IMG/VR virus record: IMGVR_UViG_3300013006_000018
Direction: 5' to 3' (one strand)
Source: a virus
DNA: 64,000 bases
Below are positions 61,269 to 64,000 of this stretch, in pieces (the stretch's first letter is position 1; each line of letters starts with the position of its first letter). The notes beneath the pieces were generated by a model. That model was not told the DNA's origin. It did no database searches and saw nothing but the letters and a program-made list of their open reading frames with translations. The translations under genes were made by a program, and so were the position numbers.

Positions 61269-61930
61269 GAATACTCTTGAATAAACTTTTCCTGACTGCT
61301 GAGAAACACCGAGCTATTAGGATCAAGTAGCCCGGGTGACTTATGAATAACCCAGATTGGAGTAACCCCGAGCTTTAATTTCTTTTTGTTTGCATCAATA
61401 CTGCTAGCAATATCATAGTGATGAAAAGTATAGTTTTCGTTAAATTTCCAGTCTACTTCCTTTACCCTTTTAGTATTAACGCTAATAAAAAGACCATCTA
61501 GCAACGTAACTCTTGATGGTGTCGGACCGAAGCTTGTCATAAGAATTGTTTTCTCTTGGAGTGGGTGGGCAACTGCTCCTCTAAGGTTAGTACTATTAAA
61601 ACCGCCGCACATTATATGCCATAGCGCAGGTTCAATAATTCTGGGGTTAGTACCGCCGGCTAACCCAACTATGTCGTATTCCATATGAGCTGTATGTAGC
61701 TTTTCACAAACATTAAGATCATCAACATATACATCGTCATGAATAAAGGTTATATAATCATAGGTGTCGCTATGTTTTTGCAGTATAAGATTGTAATTAG
61801 TGCTTAACCCTATTTTATTGTTTGAATTATAAGCTATGTCTATATCTTTAATTTTAGATAGAGATTTACATGCTTGTGTATCTTTAGGGTCAATATTTCT
61901 TGTACAGAAATAAAATAGGATCTTTTTCAC
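61265..61930 (-). CDS. GT-A fold glycosyltransferase
   Basis: GLSTNYN, FIHDDV (DxD-type), DIVGLAG, LLDGLF, FHHYDI, HKSPG. Confidence 0.8.
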   Translation of the reverse strand: MKKILFYFCTRNIDPKDTQACKSLSKIKDIDIAYNSNNKIGLSTNYNLILQKHSDTYDYITFIHDDVYVDDLNVCEKLHTAHMEYDIVGLAGGTNPRIIEPALWHIMCGGFNSTNLRGAVAHPLQEKTILMTSFGPTPSRVTLLDGLFISVNTKRVKEVDWKFNENYTFHHYDIASSIDANKKKLKLGVTPIWVIHKSPGLLDPNSSVFLSSQEKFIQEYS

Positions 61931-62616
61931 TTCGTAAAGAAGGGTGAGCTCGCTTTAAATTCACACACCTCAGTTATACCTTCAGGCGTTAAGAGATAAA
62001 GAATACCTTCGTCTATAGGTTTGAAGCCCTTCTCAGTTAATGATGAGAAGCTATTATTGAGAAAATCTGCATAAAGGGTACAGCCTGAGCGAGCGATATA
62101 AATATTTTGGTTCTTAGAATTATATATCCATAAACCAAAATTACCTTCAAGAACACTCAATACAGAGCAAATAATTTGAGCTTCCGTTTTCTTAGGGAAC
62201 TTTTTCTTTTGTAAATGTAGTAGTACTGGAATTACTGACGAATCTACTTCATTGAATAACTTTTTGTCTCTAATTGGTTTCTTTAATTCCAGGTGGTTAG
62301 TTAGCACACCATTGTGAGCTACAACCCAATTTTCTATATTAAAAGGATGCGATGTCTTGATGTTGTATTTTCTTGCAGATGACGTGGGTGCCTGTGTATG
62401 GCCAAGAAAGTAGTCAAAATCATAGATTTTTTTATTGGCTTTGCCGTATTTTATAACTAAATTCCGAGTTAGGTTAATTTTACCCGGTGAGCGTAATGTT
62501 GCGTATATAGATTTTGTCACTAAAATACCACCAAACGCGTAAGTTCCTCGTTTTTTGTTCATATTATACAGCTGCGTGTACAGTTTATAATCTTTTGCTC
62601 CAAATATACCGCACAT
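61927..62616 (-). CDS. Stand-alone class II (Ntn) glutamine amidotransferase
   Basis: True start MCGIFG at 62616 (the ORF track extends it spuriously); RG, GHTQAPT, SHPF, AHNGVL, VDS. Confidence 0.85.
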   Translation of the reverse strand: MCGIFGAKDYKLYTQLYNMNKKRGTYAFGGILVTKSIYATLRSPGKINLTRNLVIKYGKANKKIYDFDYFLGHTQAPTSSARKYNIKTSHPFNIENWVVAHNGVLTNHLELKKPIRDKKLFNEVDSSVIPVLLHLQKKKFPKKTEAQIICSVLSVLEGNFGLWIYNSKNQNIYIARSGCTLYADFLNNSFSSLTEKGFKPIDEGILYLLTPEGITEVCEFKASSPFFTK

Positions 62617-62624
62617 ATAAGAAT

Positions 62625-62652
62625 ATATTAATAGAAAGAATAAATATTTCAA
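62625..62652. promoter_or_regulatory. sigma70-like promoter for GATase with an opposite-strand late promoter in its spacer
   Basis: TTGAAA-N16-TAATAT-N8-ATG (-); AATAAATA at 62639-46 (+). Confidence 0.6.
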
Positions 62653-62653
62653 G

Positions 62654-63511
62654 ATGAATAAGGATGTACACTTAATATATGAAGCGTATACAGATAGATT
62701 TCTAGTCGAAGCACCTCCTGTTGAGATGTCTGGTGATGTAAATGTCGAGCCAGTCACGAGCAAGACTATACCTGGACAAGGAAAGAAGTACGGCGGAGGC
62801 GCCATTACTGCTGTAGCCCAACAACAAGGGAAAAGTGAAGAAGATGTCACCCAGGATATGGCTAAAACAATAATTGCAAAAGCACAAGATAAAAAAGAAA
62901 TTGACGGGAAGATGGTGCATTATTTTTCAGGCGAACCTGATGCATTTATTGAGAGCCTCGTTCCTGAGTTTGAACAGAAGTACGGTATCAAGCCTACAAT
63001 GGCCAGATACACTATAAATTATCTTCTAATATATGTGTTGAATGCAAAGAAAACACCCGGTGGTCTGATTAAGCTGAGCACTAAGAATATATCGAACCCG
63101 GAAGCATTACCTGACCAGCCTACGGTAACAGATATGAAATTCCCTTCAGTAGATGAAGGGTATGGGCCAGAGTTTAATTATATTAAGAATAAAGAAGCAA
63201 AGCTAGAGGGTAAAATAGGAGAAGTTTTTAATTTAATGCCTGAAGAGGTTAGCGGCGATGACATGTCGTCGGCTATCAAGAGAAACATGATACAAGTTGG
63301 TATTGATAAAAGACAATTCTGGAGTGTTATCACCGGGTTAATAGAAAATCGTGCGTTTTTTGAAAAGAAGAAAGATGAGACTTCTGATCCTGAGAGCGAT
63401 GTTTCTGTAGAGCCTTTATCAGTTTCAAAGAGAGATACAGAAGATGCTGTTAGAGAGCTCCCTGCATATAGAGAAATGCAAAGACAAAAAGCAAGAGAAA
63501 CTAGTTACTAA
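62654..63511 (+). CDS. Hypothetical late protein (candidate internal head protein)
   Basis: AATAAATA-7nt-ATG; begins MNKDVHLIYEAY. Confidence 0.65.
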   Translation: MNKDVHLIYEAYTDRFLVEAPPVEMSGDVNVEPVTSKTIPGQGKKYGGGAITAVAQQQGKSEEDVTQDMAKTIIAKAQDKKEIDGKMVHYFSGEPDAFIESLVPEFEQKYGIKPTMARYTINYLLIYVLNAKKTPGGLIKLSTKNISNPEALPDQPTVTDMKFPSVDEGYGPEFNYIKNKEAKLEGKIGEVFNLMPEEVSGDDMSSAIKRNMIQVGIDKRQFWSVITGLIENRAFFEKKKDETSDPESDVSVEPLSVSKRDTEDAVRELPAYREMQRQKARETSY

Positions 63512-64000
63512 TTAAGTAACACCCATTATCTTTCCAGGGTATACTAATTTTATAAGGTAGGGGGTCTATTAATTTAGCTTCCAAAAAGCCTTTTATTCTT
63601 AATGAACAGGCTGTACACTCACCGCATGATATCTCACCGCCCTCATAACATGTCCATGTTGACCTGAAATCAACCCCGAGTTTAATACCCTTTTTAATAA
63701 TATCTTTTTTAGATAATTCTATTAACGGTGCTTCAATAATAATTTTATTTCTTCTATTGAGAGCAGAGACATTATTAATTTGTTCTAAAAATTCAGGACT
63801 ACCATCCCAAAAACCTGCAACGCTATCGGCTTGTGCAGCTCCATGAAAAACTGTGCTAGCCCCGTAGTTTTCTGCTATTGCAAGTGATATACTTAAGAGC
63901 ATTAAGTTTCTGTATGGGACATAGTTCACCGTCTGCGGATCACCCATTACATCTTTAGCCTTAGCAACTGCAACCTTGTTATTAAGAAGGGAAGAAACCT
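63501..64000 (-). CDS. queC: 7-cyano-7-deazaguanine synthase-like (C-terminal part; runs off right edge)
   Basis: Frame is open to the window edge (VSSLLNNK...); YVPYRN, EAPL, TWTCY...CGECTAC..R zinc motif. Confidence 0.9.
   Translation of the reverse strand, partial: VSSLLNNKVAVAKAKDVMGDPQTVNYVPYRNLMLLSISLAIAENYGASTVFHGAAQADSVAGFWDGSPEFLEQINNVSALNRRNKIIIEAPLIELSKKDIIKKGIKLGVDFRSTWTCYEGGEISCGECTACSLRIKGFLEAKLIDPLPYKISIPWKDNGCYLISN

Noticed and set aside
62617-62850. 78-aa N-terminal extension of the GATase in the ORF track
   Set aside because: Ntn amidotransferases need Cys at position 2 (MCGIFG at 62616); the extension overlaps the opposite-strand gene and the promoter.
1-64000. Alternative genetic code (stop-codon reassignment)
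   Set aside because: Conserved genes are full length under the standard code, and TAA, TAG and TGA all end genes at tight junctions.
1-64000. tRNA or structured ncRNA genes
   Set aside because: Intergenic gaps are under about 70 nt and explained by promoters and one terminator; no cloverleaf seen.

Overview
A gene-dense, AT-rich 64-kb segment of a large T4-superfamily (contractile-tailed) dsDNA phage, mostly coded on the minus strand and read with the standard genetic code. From left to right it holds five regions. (i) 1-4.6 kb: an accessory modification cluster (asparagine-synthetase-like amidotransferase, SAM methyltransferase, possible glycosyltransferase). (ii) 4.6-28.7 kb: a large tail-fibre/outer-baseplate region with an S74-chaperone fibre, LamG, RCC1, L-type lectin, PKD and beta-propeller proteins, four proteins with long mucin-like Pro/Thr stalks, and a leishmanolysin-type Zn protease fused to a blue-copper domain. 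(iii) 28.7-48.5 kb: T4-like baseplate/tail/packaging core (gp6, gp25, gp27, gp53, gp48, tape measure, two gp26-like, gp54, gp19, gp18, gp3, TerL), interrupted by gp44, dUTPase and a probable TerS. (iv) 48.5-61 kb: gp14 neck, small genes and replication (gp61, gp45, gp32, gp59-like, DHH, gp41) with an embedded NDP-sugar epimerase/reductase. (v) Right end: glycosyltransferase, class-II amidotransferase and QueC. The main signals are: a candidate phage-encoded virion glycosylation system (Pro/Thr stalks, a recurrent [LIVF]-S-[AG] tripeptide in outer virion proteins, sugar enzymes); two promoter classes placed about 5-8 nt before start codons with almost no Shine-Dalgarno sites, suggesting leaderless expression; isolated plus-strand late genes sharing an N-terminal L/I-[YF]-E type motif reminiscent of T4 capsid-targeting peptides, one with a nested internal promoter and start; and a split Gat+QueC variant next to a glycosyltransferase. 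All family assignments come from motif recognition by eye, with no database searches. No tRNA, CRISPR array or mobile element was seen.
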